Source: Narcine bancroftii (lineage: Eukaryota). From it: 64,000 nucleotides of DNA. The position numbers were made by a program, and so were the translations under genes. Positions 13,150-26,514 of this stretch are shown in pieces; the first letter of the stretch is position 1, and each line of letters starts with the position of its first letter. The stretch covers positions 35,898,001 through 35,962,000 of the forward strand of contig NC_091477.1 in NCBI RefSeq assembly GCF_036971445.1, in the 5' to 3' direction. Under the pieces are notes generated by a model. That model was not told the DNA's origin. It made no database searches and worked only from the letters and a program-made list of their open reading frames with translations.

Positions 13150-13530
13150 ATGGAGATACAGAAAATGAGAACAGGAGTAGTACACGCAGTCCTTCAACCA
13201 TTCAATACACCGTGGCAGATTATCTATTTCCGTCACATACTCTCACACACTCACCAGATCTCCCTCATGCCTTTTGCACCTTGAAATTTATCTCTCTTCT
13301 TTTTAAGTATACGAAGACTCTGCATCTCCCTATGGGACAAATTCCCATAGCTTCACCACCTTCGGAGTGCGAAGAAATTTCTCATTACTTGTCCTTACTT
13401 CTCTTGACTCAGAACCTGAGTATATAACCCCTTTTTCTCAACACCCCAGCAAGGGCTAATGACTCCAGCATCCAGCCTGCCTGATCTTGCCAGAATGTTG
13501 TCAGTTTCAAATAGATCCCTTGGCCCTGTG
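13150..13530 (-). mobile_element. CR1 LINE 3' fragment, decayed
   Basis: gaacaggagtag...ccttcaaccattcaat and gaagaaatttctc motifs typical of a reversed CR1 3' end. Confidence 0.6.
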
Positions 13531-14019
13531 ATTAAACAAGTTAACTGTTGTCTTTGGCTATTCTGTATCAAGTTGTGGGTTAGGTTTTTTTTTTCTATTT
13601 TACACTCATTGCTTCCTGCAGATGCATTTGTGTGAGCCTGTAAAAGCAAATGTAATTCATCCCCAATATGAAATAGCCAAAATAATGGATGAAAACCATG
13701 GCAGTACTCATCTTTCATGTGACTTTAGTTACACAACTTCCTGTTGCTCTCCCTTTTATTAATTGGAAGCTGCCAACAAAGAGCTTCTTTACTCTTTCTT
13801 ACTACATCCTCCCATGAAGTGGTCCAGCTGTGGATTTCAGATTATTCATTTGTTTCATTTTCTTTCTCTGGGAAGGAATTTTATACAAGATGATGATTAT
13901 AAATCTGACTGGTTAGTACTGACAGTTCATTCATTCATTGCAATAAATCCATAGAACATCTTTAAGTTGTGAACAGCTTCTTCATTTGGGATGTTTTCAA
14001 GTGCACACACACAGATATC

Positions 14020-15875
14020 TCAAAATTCTCCTTATCTGGAATTCAAGCAACCAGCAGCTTCAAGCATCCAGAAAAAAAATTGTGGAAAATAAATAAGTTT
14101 AAAAGTGGCGCCCCTAGCGGACTACTTCTTTCTTTGGCTTGGCTTTGCGGACGAAGATTAATGGAATGGTAATGTCCACGTCAGCTGCAGGCTCATTTGT
14201 GGCTGACAAGTCCGATGCGGAACAGGCAGACACGGTTGCAGCGGTTGCAAGGGAAAATTGGTTGGTTGGGGTTGGGTGTTGGGTTTTTCCTCCTTTGTCT
14301 TTTGTCAGTGAGGTGGGCACTGCGGTCTTCTTCAAAGGAGGTTGCTGCCCGCTGAACTGTGAGGCGCCAAGTTGCACGGTTTAAGGAGATATCAGCCCAC
14401 TGGCAGTGGTCAATGTGGCAGGCACCAAGAGATTTATTTAGGCAGTCCTTGTACCTCTTCTTTAGTGCACCTCTGTCTCGGTGGCCAGTGGAGAGCTCGC
14501 CATATAACACGATCTTGGGAAGGCGATGGTTCTCCATTCTGGAGACGTGACCTACCCAGCGCAGTTGGATCTTCAATGTTGGTGATGAAGTCGCTCCAAT
14601 GAATGTTGAGGATGGAGCAGAGACAACACTGGTGGAAGCGTTCTAGGAGCCGTAGGTGATGCCGGTAGAAGAACCATGATTCGGAGCCGAAAAGAAGTGT
14701 GGGTATGACAACGGCTCTGTATACGCTTATCTTTGTGAGGTTTTTCAGTTGGTTGTTTTTCCAGACTCTTTTGTGTAGTCTTCCAAAGGCGCTATTTGCC
14801 TTGCCAAGTCTGTTGTCTATCTCGTTGTCGATCCTTGCATCTGATGAAATGGTGCAGCCGAGATAGGTAAACTGGTTGACCGTTTTGAGTTTTGTGTGCC
14901 CGATGGAGATGTGGGGGGGCTGGTAGTCATGGTGGGGAGCTGGCTGATGGAGGACCTCAGTTTTCTTCAGGCTGACTTCCAGGCCAAACATTTTGGCAGT
15001 TTCCGCAAAACAGGACGTCAAGCGCTGAAGAGCTGGCTCTGAATGGGCAAGTAAAGCGGCATCGTCTGCAAAGAGTAGTTCACGGAAGAGTTGCTCTTGT
15101 GTCTTGGTGTGAGCTTGCAGGCGCCTCAGATTGAAGAGACTGCCATCCATGCGGTACCGGATGTAAACAGCGTCTTCATTGTTGAGGTCTTTCATGGCTT
15201 ATTTCAGCATCATGCTGAAGAAGATTGAAAAGAGGGTTGGTGCGAGAACGCAGCCTTGCTTCACGCCATTGTTAATGGAGAAGGGTTCAGAGAGCTCATT
15301 GCTGTATCTGACCCAACCTTGTGGTTTTCATGCAGTTGGAAACTACGTTGAGGAACTTTGGGGGACATCCGAGGCGCTCTAGTTTTTGCCAAAGCCCTTT
15401 CCTACTCACGGTGTTGAAGGCTTTGGTGAAGTCAACAAAGGTGATGTAGAGTCCTTTGTTTTGTTCTCTGCACTTTTCTTGGAGCTGTCTGAGGGCAAAG
15501 ACCATGTCAGTAGTTCCTCTGTTTGCGCGAAAGCCGCACTGTGATTCTGGGAGAACATTTTCGGTGACACTAGGTATTATTCTATTTAGGAGAATCCTAG
15601 TGAAGATTTTGCCTGCAATGGAGAGCAGCGTGATTCCCCTGTAGTTTGAGCAGTCTGATTTCTCGCCTTTGTTTTTGTACAGGGTGATGATAATGGCATC
15701 ACGAAGCTTCTGAGGCAGCTTTCCTTGGTCCCAGCAGAGCTTGATAAACTCATGCGTGCATGCCAAACAGCGGACAACTTACCAATCATGCAGCACACAA
15801 TCTCAAGAAACTGGCAAATTCACATCCAGAATCTACCAATCCCCTTATGTGCTGGATACTGGAGAGTTTTTACTG
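14020..15875. mobile_element. Tigger-type MITE split by the RTE insertion
   Basis: Left half 14020-14122 plus right half 15769-15875 (ending ttttactg|ta) reconstitute the element seen uninterrupted at 61344-61570. Confidence 0.7.
14123..15768 (-). mobile_element. Young RTE LINE, 1.65 kb, 5'-truncated, reverse transcriptase pseudogene
   Basis: RT motifs NYRGITLLSIAGK, ESQCGFR, VKQGCVLAP and LLFADD, plus the C-terminal zinc knuckle; frameshifted. 7-bp TSD AGCGGAC at 14116-14122 and 15769-15775. Confidence 0.95.
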
Positions 15876-15900
15876 TATCTATCTATCTATCTATCTATCT
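15876..15900. repeat. (TATC)n microsatellite
   Basis: About 6 tandem copies, read directly. Confidence 0.9.
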
Positions 15901-16737
15901 CATATGTGCATGAGTACAGAACAACTGTGATGATCCAAAATCAGATTATCCAAAATCCCCATTTATCAAAAGTTTTTTGGACCTGGAAGTGACATCTGTT
16001 CTCCTCTGAAAATTTTCGGATAAATTAGGATATCAGAAACAATCAGAAATCTTCAGTTATCCATTTTTCCGGAGCAGAACTGACCTCACAGGTTGAAAAA
16101 AACTTCACCTGACATGAAATTAGAACGACGATTGTCCTCATTTCAGTTAACTCTCTCCCATGTTTACCTATCTCTATTGACTTTCGTCTCCATCTTTCCC
16201 TCTCAAACTGCATGCCGCTGTTACCCAGCCGCAAACAATCGGAAGATTCCCTTGTCCCGCATCATCTAGGAGAGTGGCCTCCCAGGCAAGAGCGGGAACT
16301 CAGGCTCCTGGGCAGGAGTAGAGACCTTGGGCTCCCGGGGAGCAGCGGGACCTCGGTGGAGAGGTGTCAGTGATTGGCAGTGGCTTTGGGAGGGGGAGTG
16401 TGTGCAGGCAAAGACTGGGTCTGTGTCAGGCTCCAATATCGAGAACCAGGGCGTGAAGCTGGAACAGCCCCTGCCTGAACAAGCCCATAGGGAGACAGGA
16501 GCCTGCCGGCTCACTAATGAGTGTTCCACCGGCGTGGGAAGCCTCCCTGAGGATTGGCGGCAGTGGTGAGGATGTGTCGGGGATCGTCAGTAGTGGTTGG
16601 GAGGTCTCGGTGATCAGCAGTGGCATTGGGGACATGTCAGGGATTGGCAGTGACCAGCATTTTTTTTGGAGAGAATTAGCTGTTACTACTGGGCTGTTTT
16701 TAAAAAATCTTAATACTTCAGGCATCTGACCATTTTG

Positions 16738-16895
16738 NNNNNNNNNNNNNNNNNNNNNNNNNNNNNNNNNNNNNNNNNNNNNNNNNNNNNNNNNNNNNNN
16801 NNNNNNNNNNNNNNNNNNNNNNNNNNNNNNNNNNNNNNNNNNNNNNNNNNNNNNNNNNNNNNNNNNNNNNNNNNNNNNNNNNNNNNNNNNNNNNN
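16738..16895. other. Assembly gap (158 N)
   Basis: Run of N. Confidence 1.
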
Positions 16896-17540
16896 AGATG
16901 TAGGGCCCCTAGGCCTCTAATGAACTGCATCCATGTTGCATCTGAGAACTTACACAGCCCTATCAGCTCTTCAGCTCTTTGAGATACGTTTTAGCCGTAC
17001 AAGTTTCCCAGTCTCACAACCTAAGGGCATTCCATTGCATGGTGATGGCTCTTGCTGAAGAGTGTACAGCAAACTTTAGTGAAACAAATGGTTTCCAATT
17101 GATGATGAGCACAAGATAAATTTAAAATTAGTCAACTGTAATGCATTGAATGTAATTACTGTTTGGTCAATATGAATGATCCAAGATAACTGCATAAATA
17201 TTGCTCACAGGAAGATGTCTGGCAATAAATGGAAACAATAAAAGAAGGTTTGACATAAAAAATATACATAACCAAAACTATATAAAATATTTCAAAACAT
17301 TTCAACAAGGAAGGTGACATGCAATTATATTAATTTTAAAATTTATGGTCACCAGGGCATCCAGCCAATTCAAATAAAAAAATTCTCCTGTAGATTTTCA
17401 ACATGTCTCTGTTTCCATGGAAAATCTAGAAACTACATTTTTTTTTAAAAACCCTCACAATGGTCGTGCAATGAGCAATTAACCTACACTGAGAATATTA
17501 TGAGACCCCAAATAATATATTATTAGTTTAATACAAAAAA

Positions 17541-18952
17541 AAGTGCTGGACACACTCAGGAGGTCATGCAGTGTTCTTTAGGCCAAAGATACATAACCAA
17601 CATTTCCAGCCTGAGCCCTTAGTATGAGCAAATTGCCTGAATAAAATAGTGGCGCATGGGGCGCGGGAGGAGCACAGGCCCACAGGTCATGTGTGGGAGG
17701 GCAGAAGAGAAAAAAGCTGGGAAGTGAGAGTGGGAGGGAATGGTTCTCTGAATAGATCAAGTGAATTTGACTTTGGTGGTACATCTCTGGCAACCCTCTC
17801 ATCTTTCTCAATCTGTCTGTCTCCTTCTTGGGAGACAAACTCTCAACACTTTTTTTAAAATAAAACCACCAACTCTTATAGTCATAGCCTGTCCTCTGTA
17901 AGGATTCTATTCCCTTCACTTAATTCCTCCGTCTCCATCGTATCTGCTCCTATGACGAGGTCTTCTGCTCCAGATCATCCGAGATGTTGACCTTTACCAG
18001 CATCAACTCAGACCTTTCAAGCCTCCCCTTTATTTTCTGCACATCTGCCCTGGCCCTTTCCGCCCCGAGACACAACTAGAATAGGATTCGCCTTGTCCTC
18101 ATCTACCACCCCACAAGCCTCCGCATCCAACAAATTATGCTCTGTAATTTCTGCCATCTATAACTGATCCCACCACCAAAAGAGGCTTACCCTCTTTCTG
18201 CAGGGACCACTCCCTCTGTGAATCCCTCATCTGCTCATCCCTTCCCACTAGTCACCCACTTGGTGCTTATCCATGACTGCAGGAAGTGCTAGACGTGCTC
18301 ACACCTCCTCCTCACCACCATTCATGGCTCCAAACAGTTCTTCCAAGTGAAGCAATACTTCACTTGTGATTCTGCAGCAGTCATCTACTGCACCTGGTGC
18401 TCCCATTGCGGTTTCTCTTCATCAAAGAGAGTGGATGTAGGTTGGGAGACCATTTCATTACGCACCTTTGCTTTATCTGCTGGCAGTGTCCATCCTATGG
18501 CCAACCATTTTGGGTCTGTGCTGTACTCCCACAATGACATGTCTGTCCACGTCCTCATGCACTGCCATACTGAGGCCTCCCACAAATTTGAGCAAATTCC
18601 GTCTGAACATTCTCCAACTGGATGGCATTAACATCACCTTCTCTAGTTTCCAGGAGGCCCTTCTCCTGTCTGTCTGTCTCTTTCCCTACAGCTCCCCTCC
18701 CTTCTCCATTCAGAGAGCTTTCCCCTCTCCCTATCACTTCCCAGCATTTTTCTCCTGCCCTCTCACTCATATCCACCTATAACCTCTTGCTTATGGACCT
18801 GTGTTCCTGCCCCCGCCCCCACCGTTTTATTTAAGCACCTGCCTGAAATGTCTGTTATGTATCTTTGCCATAAAGAATGCTGCGTTATCTGCTGAGTTTC
18901 TCCAGCACTTTTTGAGCATTAACCTACAATCACGGTGTCTGCAGACTTTCTT
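17541..18952 (+). mobile_element. Penelope-like retroelement remnant with inverted terminal arms
   Basis: FLRL.RICS-like RT C-terminus (~17920). GIY-YIG endonuclease remnant QVKQYFTCDSAAVIYCTWCSHCG (18344-18410). Inverted ends aagtgctggacacactcag / ctgagtttctccagcactt. Confidence 0.85.
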
Positions 18953-19671
18953 GCTTATTACTTTACTAGTGTTGTGTTGATTTTTTTTTTTAAGTAGTTA
19001 CTTTGCATCTTTACACAATGCCGTATTTCTCATATCTTTGAACACACAGTTGCAGCATCGAAATGAATCAAAATTATGGGAACGATACACTTTCATGATT
19101 GCAATTTTGTGCATTTGATAAGCTTTGACCTAATATAGAGAATGGAAGGTTTAATGGATACAACTTTTAATTTTCATTCATAAAGAGGGACTAAAAGCAG
19201 AGATTTTGCTCTCCCACTGGCGATAAATGCTTGCATTTACTTGTACCTGGCATATGCAAATGAGAAAAACTTCACTGAAGGTTTTTGCACTGGTGACAAT
19301 GTCACTACATTTTTTGGCAAAAATCTAAGCCAATTAGCCTTCAGGTTGGAGCTTTTACAAAAAGTAGCCGCTTTTATTTCACTGTCCCAGTCAAATGATC
19401 CTCTTCACGTTTTTGGCTTAGCTTGAAATGTTGAAGGTGTTTTGCAGCAAAACAATGATTTCACCACAGATTAAATTTGCTTTAAACACCAATCTTTTCA
19501 TCATTCTAACATTGAATCCATTTTGAAAAAGACAAGCAGCTGCTGCTGACGGTCCAATGGATACGTAATGGAACACACTGAAGCTGAGAGCATCCACCAC
19601 AAAGGCTTTATGAAGAAGGAGCTGCTGCTATTGGGCATTGAGGTTGCAGCCTCCCAAATGCATTGTGGATG

Positions 19672-20560
19672 CAGGGCCGGAGGCAGATTATTTTGTGCCC
19701 TCGGCAAGGCCAACTAATTGAATCCTCCCCCCACCAAAAAATTGCCAACTTTGATTTTCAAAAACAGATGTTTTGTAGAAACAATGAAAAGCACAAAACT
19801 TGAAACTGCTAAATATATTTTAAATTGCAAGAATAAGTAATACATCAATCTTCGATTATCTTTGTCAAATAGAAAACATTTTGAACTAAAGGGCACTCAG
19901 TAGAATGCATACCTCTACCAAGGGCATTAAAACTTTTTGCTTCGCACACCTTTAAACCTCACATAACGTTACTTGGCATAACCAATCCGTCATGTTAGGA
20001 CAATATTTTGCTTACAGTCAGACAGAGAAACAAATAAAAAACAGGTTTATAAAATGTAACCTCCTTGTCAGAGGCAATAATTTTGTGAATTGTGCAGTTA
20101 AACTTTAAGGGCTCAAAAGTTTCAATTTCAGACACATCAAAATCTTGCTTTGCGAGCATTTTCCTTTTCAATCAGATTAAGTGCTGATGCCTGGCCATGT
20201 TCAATTGATATAGTTGCAAGCCATCTAGTCTCTGTTGCAATACTGTTGAGTGTATGTAAGTTTTATTTTTATAAGTTTGAGCTTTGAGAAACTACGATCA
20301 CCATTTGCCACTGATACTGGAATTGTAAGAAGGATCCTTGGAGCAATGGAAACATTGGGCACATTATCCAGGGGTTTTTGCTGTAGTATGAAGCGAAGAG
20401 CTCCTTGTGGCAGAATAGACACTGCAGATCTTCAAACTATTGCTATAAGTTTGTAACACAGATCTTCAGCATCAATATCTTTCCAAATTAAGATCATTTA
20501 TGTTTTTATTCTGAATAGATAATCCAAATTTCACAACGCTGATGTAAAACTTTCATGTGA
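19672..20560 (-). mobile_element. hAT DNA transposon 3' remnant (transposase dimerization domain)
   Basis: PNVSIAPRILLTIPVSVANGDRSFSKLKLIK is the hAT C-terminal dimerization motif; CAGGGCCGG terminus at 19672. Confidence 0.8.
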
Positions 20561-21244
20561 CAGGGCTAGTCCTTCAAACGGTTCTGCTATTTTCCTCTGA
20601 AGTCAGAGCAAGACTTCGCTAAGACTGTAAGAAGGTGTTGAAACCCCAGTTACTACACCACTTTAAAATCTTCATTTGTATAAGCACCTACATGAATGTA
20701 ATGTGAAAATGTGAGGCATTCAGGCACTGAAGAGCTCCTACTTTACCCAAGTCAGACTCTGCATTCAAAAAGATGTTTTGGTTCAGAGTTGAAACTGTCG
20801 GAAGCTATGGAAGGATCTCTGCAGTTACCTTAAAACTATGCTTTGAAGTGAAAGCCTTTGAGTGACAAGATTTTTTTTCTTTTAATGTTCCAAGTAAATG
20901 ACATGAAGGCAATTCTGCTTTCCAACAGGGAGCAAAGAGACAGGGTCTTAGAAACATTTCTTTTCATATACTGCCTGTAAAATGCTGGGCTGGCATTGTC
21001 CCTACTTTTACAATAAATGTACATCACTCATCAATTACCATTTGAATTTGCTTTAATGTTTGTTTAAGGGAAATGGGAGGGTAATAAGAGCATTGAATCT
21101 GTCCATTTACTATCTAATTATGATGCATGTACAATGTTTGCATGCAAGTGGGAAAAGGTCATTTATATTCCATTTACTTTCTCTAAAGTGAAGTCCCTTT
21201 TTAGAATACTGTTGTCAAAACATTCAAGCAATTTTATTTTAACC

Positions 21245-21545
21245 ATATAACAGTTTATGGCATGGAAACAGGCCATCTTGACCCTTCAAGTCCATGCCGG
21301 TTCACTCAAACATCTCCACTACATCCCCCCACCTATTCTCCGCCCATAACCTCCAAGACTCTCCTAAGAGTTGACTCTGCCTCAACTATTTCCTCTGGAA
21401 GATTATTCCATTCAGCCACCACTCTCTGAGTGAAGAAGCATCCTCTAATGTTTCTCCTAAAATTTTGCCCCCTCAACTTGTGTCCTCTTGTTTCAACCTC
21501 CCCTGCTCTCAGGGGGAAGAGACTACTTGCATTTAGTCTATCTTG
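21245..21545 (-). mobile_element. CR1 LINE 3' fragment
   Basis: catggaaacaggccat...; ttccattcagccaccactctctgagtgaagaa (reverse of FFTQRVV.EWN). Confidence 0.75.
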
Positions 21546-23789
21546 TCAAAAGAAATTTTAGTTTGAGCAGCGATGCTTCCTGCTGGTTTTATTTTTGTGA
21601 CTACTGATACAGATACCAATGATGGTTCAATTTATGCAGCTTCTGTTTAACTTTTTGTTAATACTTGCAAAAGTTTAACTTTGAGCATAGAATTTCCACT
21701 ATATTACACATCCCATGTAAAATTCAAATGAATCTACTAGTGAGTGTTCAAAGTTAGATGTTAAACTGATAGTTTAAATGATTCGATGCAATATCCTACC
21801 AGAAACTGGGTACTTAAACAATTGTCACGTAATATTTGATGTCAATTTGCTACAATTACGGAGCGGAATAAATTCACTTACACATTATCAAACAAAACAT
21901 CTAACTCACCAGAAGGAAACTGCAGTTCAAGTGAATGTCATTATTAATATTAATAGGCATGTTTCTTTTGAAACTAGATTTCAGTACAAGTGTTTTTAAT
22001 TCGCCCTGCCCCCTCCCTAATTGCAAATGTAAGAAAGATCAAGAACCACTTCCAACAAATACTGCAAATTTTCTGAGCCTGATGTTGTGGGACACATTCT
22101 GACTCCCTGCACTTCCAGTTCAGCATCTTTTTTGCACTGGATTTGTTTGGCCCCTCGCCTATCTGCTTTCTGACGCAGCCCACGCCTGCCTTGCTTGGGG
22201 CTCGTGTGGCTCAGGAGTTGCTCAAATCCATCATGCATGCACCACCCAGAATCAAGATGGCTGTGCCCAGCCAACGGACTCTGGGATGCCGACTAATCAA
22301 GTAAGTACACTTTTGCACGTTTGACCCCTACACATCAGATGTCTGGCCACCCTGACTGTGCTCCTCTTGAGTTCTGCACCCCAGGCGGATGCCTAGTTCA
22401 CCTAGTCTTAGCGTCGGCCCTGTGTGCTTGTATTGTTAAAGAAGGAACAAGAATGCTTCTGATGCGTCATAAGGGAACATGGCATATGAATCACAACTCA
22501 TGTTAAGAAAGGTTTTTACTGCAAATATTGTGAATGAAGTATATCATTTTTAAATTTAAACAAAATCCCATCTCCACCTAGTTCTTTACTCAAAGTAATG
22601 GGGGATTTGTTTGAATAGGAAGATTTAATCCAAATGAAAAAGTTTTTTTAACGTTCAGGGTGAAGTAAATTGTTGTAAAGGATTGAGTTCTGCTGTCATT
22701 ATCATGAACTTGAACTGACTGTGATCATTTGGAAAAGATTATTGAACCATGAAGTTTCTCTCTAGATTATTTAGGAATGATTGAATTTGCAATTTCTCAG
22801 ACGTGACTTGGTTTCAGTACCTTGGATTGGGCATAAGCTGATCACTAGACATTGCCCATGCCAGGTTTTTCATTTGCTATTTATTCTCTACATCTGCTGA
22901 TAAGGATTAGTTGGCCAGTTACAGAAGAAAGCATATAAAACAACACATGGATCATTGGTAAGGAGTACGTTGCATGCCAGTGCTAATTCATGCTCCTTTC
23001 CAGACAAGCTCCAAGTATAAATCTATGCCCTGCCACCTTTGTGACCTCAGCTATTAGGAAACTGCTGAGATGCGCCAGACAGAGGAAGCACATAATGGCA
23101 CAAGGCTTTTACTGATGAATTTGAACCAACAGCATGACATTGCATTACACTAATTGTCTGGTTAGAGAGTGGAAGAACAATGTATTGAATACAAATCCAG
23201 TCCATTTCAAAGGACAGTCACTCAAAGTCATCTTAAGGGATATCCTGGCAGATACATTATACACATCTGCCGTTCTGGGTGTTTCACATCTAATTTCACA
23301 TCACATCTGTTCCTGGGCTCTAATTTACTCTGCCTTCTCAAACATGTTTTCGTGCTCCTCACATCCAGAATAGTATCAAATCTTAAGACCAATCAATCTT
23401 AAAGTGATTAACAATACAAATTGCCGGCACTGCACTCTTTCCATCAAGAGCACAGAAAGAGTAAACTTAATTTCAAAGATTCCCTGGGGGTGTATGGGGA
23501 AGATGTACACTGCATCATAATGCCAAATTAACCCAGGCCCATTTGGCTTGGCACAGGCTAATCACAGGACTGGTGTTCATCCTCATTATCATGGCTTTAG
23601 GATCCAGCTGGACTTAAACATGTTCGCAGAAATGCACAACCCTGCAGATGCCGAAAATGTGAAGTAAAATCAAAGATTACAGGAGGACTTGCCCTGCAGA
23701 TATCTGCTGCTTTATGCCACACTGAATGTTGTTGAATGTCACGGCACACTGATTAAAATGTAATTATGTAAGAATAACTTCTAGCCTTA

Positions 23790-24970
23790 CACAAACCCCT
23801 GGACAGCAAAGAGGCATACATCAGAAAGTTTTTTTTAATTGAATACAGCTCAGCATTTAACCCCATCATGACCTCAAAACTGATCAGCAAATTTCAAGAT
23901 TTGGGACTCAGCACCCCACATATAATCCTGGATTTCCTCACCTCCAGACTAGAGTCAGTGAGGATTGCTAAAAACATCTCCTTCACAATCTCCATCAGTA
24001 CAGGAGCACCACAGGGCTGTGTTCTTAGCCCCCTGCTCTACTCACATTACACCTACAACTGTGTGGCTCAGTTATGACAATAACACCATCTACAAATTTA
24101 CTAATGATACCATGGACGTGGGTTGTATAAAAAGGGGAGATGAATCAGCGTACAGGAGGGAGATTGAAAATGTGACAGAATGGTGCACCAACAACAACTC
24201 AATGTCACCAAAACCAAACAGCTGATTGTTGACTTCGGGAAGGGAAAACCAGATGTGTACAATCCAGTGATCATTGGGGGATCAGAGGTGGAGAGGGTGA
24301 ACAAATACAAGTTCTTGGCAGTCACTATCTCAGAGGCTCTTTCCTGGCACCAACACACTTATGGCAGCATGAAGAAAGCACATCAGCGCCTCTATTTCCT
24401 CAGGAGTTTGCAGAGGTTTGGTATGACACTAGAAACCCTGGCAAATTTCTCCAAATGTGTAGTAGAAAGTGTGCTGACTGGCTGCATCATGGTGTAGTAT
24501 GGGGACAAGTGTAAAACCCTGCAAAATGTAGTGGATGCAGCCCAAGACATCACAGACAAAACCCTCCCCACCATCGAGAACATCGACAGGGAATGCTGCT
24601 ATTAGAGAATCATCAAGGATCCACACCACCCAGCACACTCTCTATTCTCGTTGCTGCCATCAGGAAGGAGGTCTAGGTGCCACAAAAACCACCAGGTTCA
24701 GGAACAGCTGCTACCCCTCCACCATCAGACTCCTCAACAACAAACTCAATCAGAGACTCATTTAAGAACTCTTGCACTTTATTGGGTTTTTTTCCCCTCT
24801 CTTTATTGCAGAATTTATTTATATTTCTTTATTTGTTTACATGTGTATGTTGTTTATAGATTTTTTTTCTCTTGGCCCTACCAATAAATGGTAATTCTAC
24901 TTTGCCTGCAGGAAAAATAATCTCAGAGTTGTACCTGATATGTATGTACTCTGACAATAAAATTGAAATC
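23790..24970 (+). mobile_element. Rex1/Babar LINE, RT plus 3' end
   Basis: STGAPQGCVLSPLLYS, KTKQLIVDF, KKAHQRLYFLRSL and ESVLTGCI motifs; tail caataaaattgaaatc. Confidence 0.88.
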
Positions 24971-24974
24971 TAGA

Positions 24975-25407
24975 TAGCAAGAGATTACTGGAGTCCCTCC
25001 CCCTCCACTGACAAGATCTACTGGGATTGTTGTCTGAAAAGGTCATGCAAAATCATCAAGGATTCCTTCTATCCCACACACAGCATCTTTCAGCTGCTCC
25101 CATCCAGGAAGAGATACAGGAGGATCAGAGCCAGCACCACCAGGCTGAGGAACAGCTTCTTCGCACAGGCAGTGAGAAGGCTGAACGACCAAAGGAACTG
25201 CTCACACTAACCATCTGAGTCTCTCATGTGTATGAAACAATATTTATTTTTTTAAATTTGTCTATGAATTCTTGTCCTGCATATGTATTGTTTGTCTGTA
25301 TGTGTTTTATGTCTTATTGTGTGTCTGTGTGTTTTGCACCAAGGACCGGAGAACACTGTTTCGTCGGATTGTACTTGTACAGTCAGATGACAATAAACTT
25401 GACTTGA
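24975..25407 (+). mobile_element. Rex1/Babar LINE 3' fragment (second subfamily)
   Basis: ORF end plus 3'UTR ending gacaataaacttgacttga; highly similar to 26515-26795. Confidence 0.8.
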
Positions 25408-26514
25408 GACGCTGTTTTTCTGAGCAATGGAAAATTAACACACACTTCTTATCCCTTTCTAATTTAAACCTGTGAAACATAACTGGTTAAATCCAACTAG
25501 CCACAGTGAGATTCTGAACTGCTAATAAATTAATAGAATTCCTACATTTTGCCATGGTTTCTATTGTACAATATTGAAGCCACCATTAGTTTGCAAATCA
25601 CACATCATCAATTTTTACTGAGGTTTATCAGATTATTTGACAAAGAATTCAGGCTAATTCACTTGCCCTATAATCAGGCTAGAAGTGGCTGTGCAAGGTA
25701 TTTGGCTTCCAAAATTTATTTCCATGGAAGCTAATTGAATCAAATTACTGAACGATGCTACATCTGGTGACCTTCATTGATGGTAAAAGAAATGAGCATA
25801 GTATAGAAAATACAGAGGGTTGGGAAAATCTTTCATTTCATCTGATATTGTTTCTTCTACATAAATCGTGTCTTTTAGTACATGAAGATTTTTTAAAGAT
25901 CAGTTCATTGATAAGCTCTTAATAAGCAATTTAAGATGGATTAAAAACAATTTTTAATGCTCTGAAGCAGATGTCAGGTGCACGCGAACACCATTTATTT
26001 TGAATACATTTTTTCTTCCTCTGCCTCCCGAGATTGATCTCTTACATTCCATGTGCTCTTTTTTATTTCCCTAAATGTTGGAATTATGCAGGAGGTCGAA
26101 GAAATTTGTCTGCTGCTACTTGTCTTGCCATTATGTTGTTGAATTACACAGCACTCTGTGGGCCAATTGCACTTAAAGACAGTGCACAGTGAATTAAATT
26201 ATTGTTTAAAATGATTCAAAATAAAAATGAATGTACTTGGAAATTAATTTAAAACAAAAAAGAGAAATATTCAATTTAACTGCACTTACATTTTTAATCA
26301 AGGCTTTGGATCCCATTCAGATGAATGGGCCTGTACTCTCTGTGCCATTATAAAATTGAACAGTCACATGCCTTTATCCAGCTCATCAGATCAACACATT
26401 AGTCCTCAGCCATTGGATTCAGTACTGGGTCCAGTGATAGAGCAGGAGTCTAAGGCACTGGTATCTAACTTACAAATCACCTTGGTCTTCAATGGTTCTC
26501 GGAATCCAGAGAAC

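Noticed and set aside
14434-15766. Longest ORFs (253 and 156 aa) as a functional reverse transcriptase or retron-like system
   Set aside because: 5'-truncated, frameshifted RTE LINE copy with a TSD; an ordinary dead retrotransposon.
16540-16660. Degenerate ~30-nt GC-rich repeats resembling a CRISPR array or repeat protein
   Set aside because: No identical repeats with unique spacers, and the context is eukaryotic; likely internal minisatellite-like sequence of a transposon abutting the gap.
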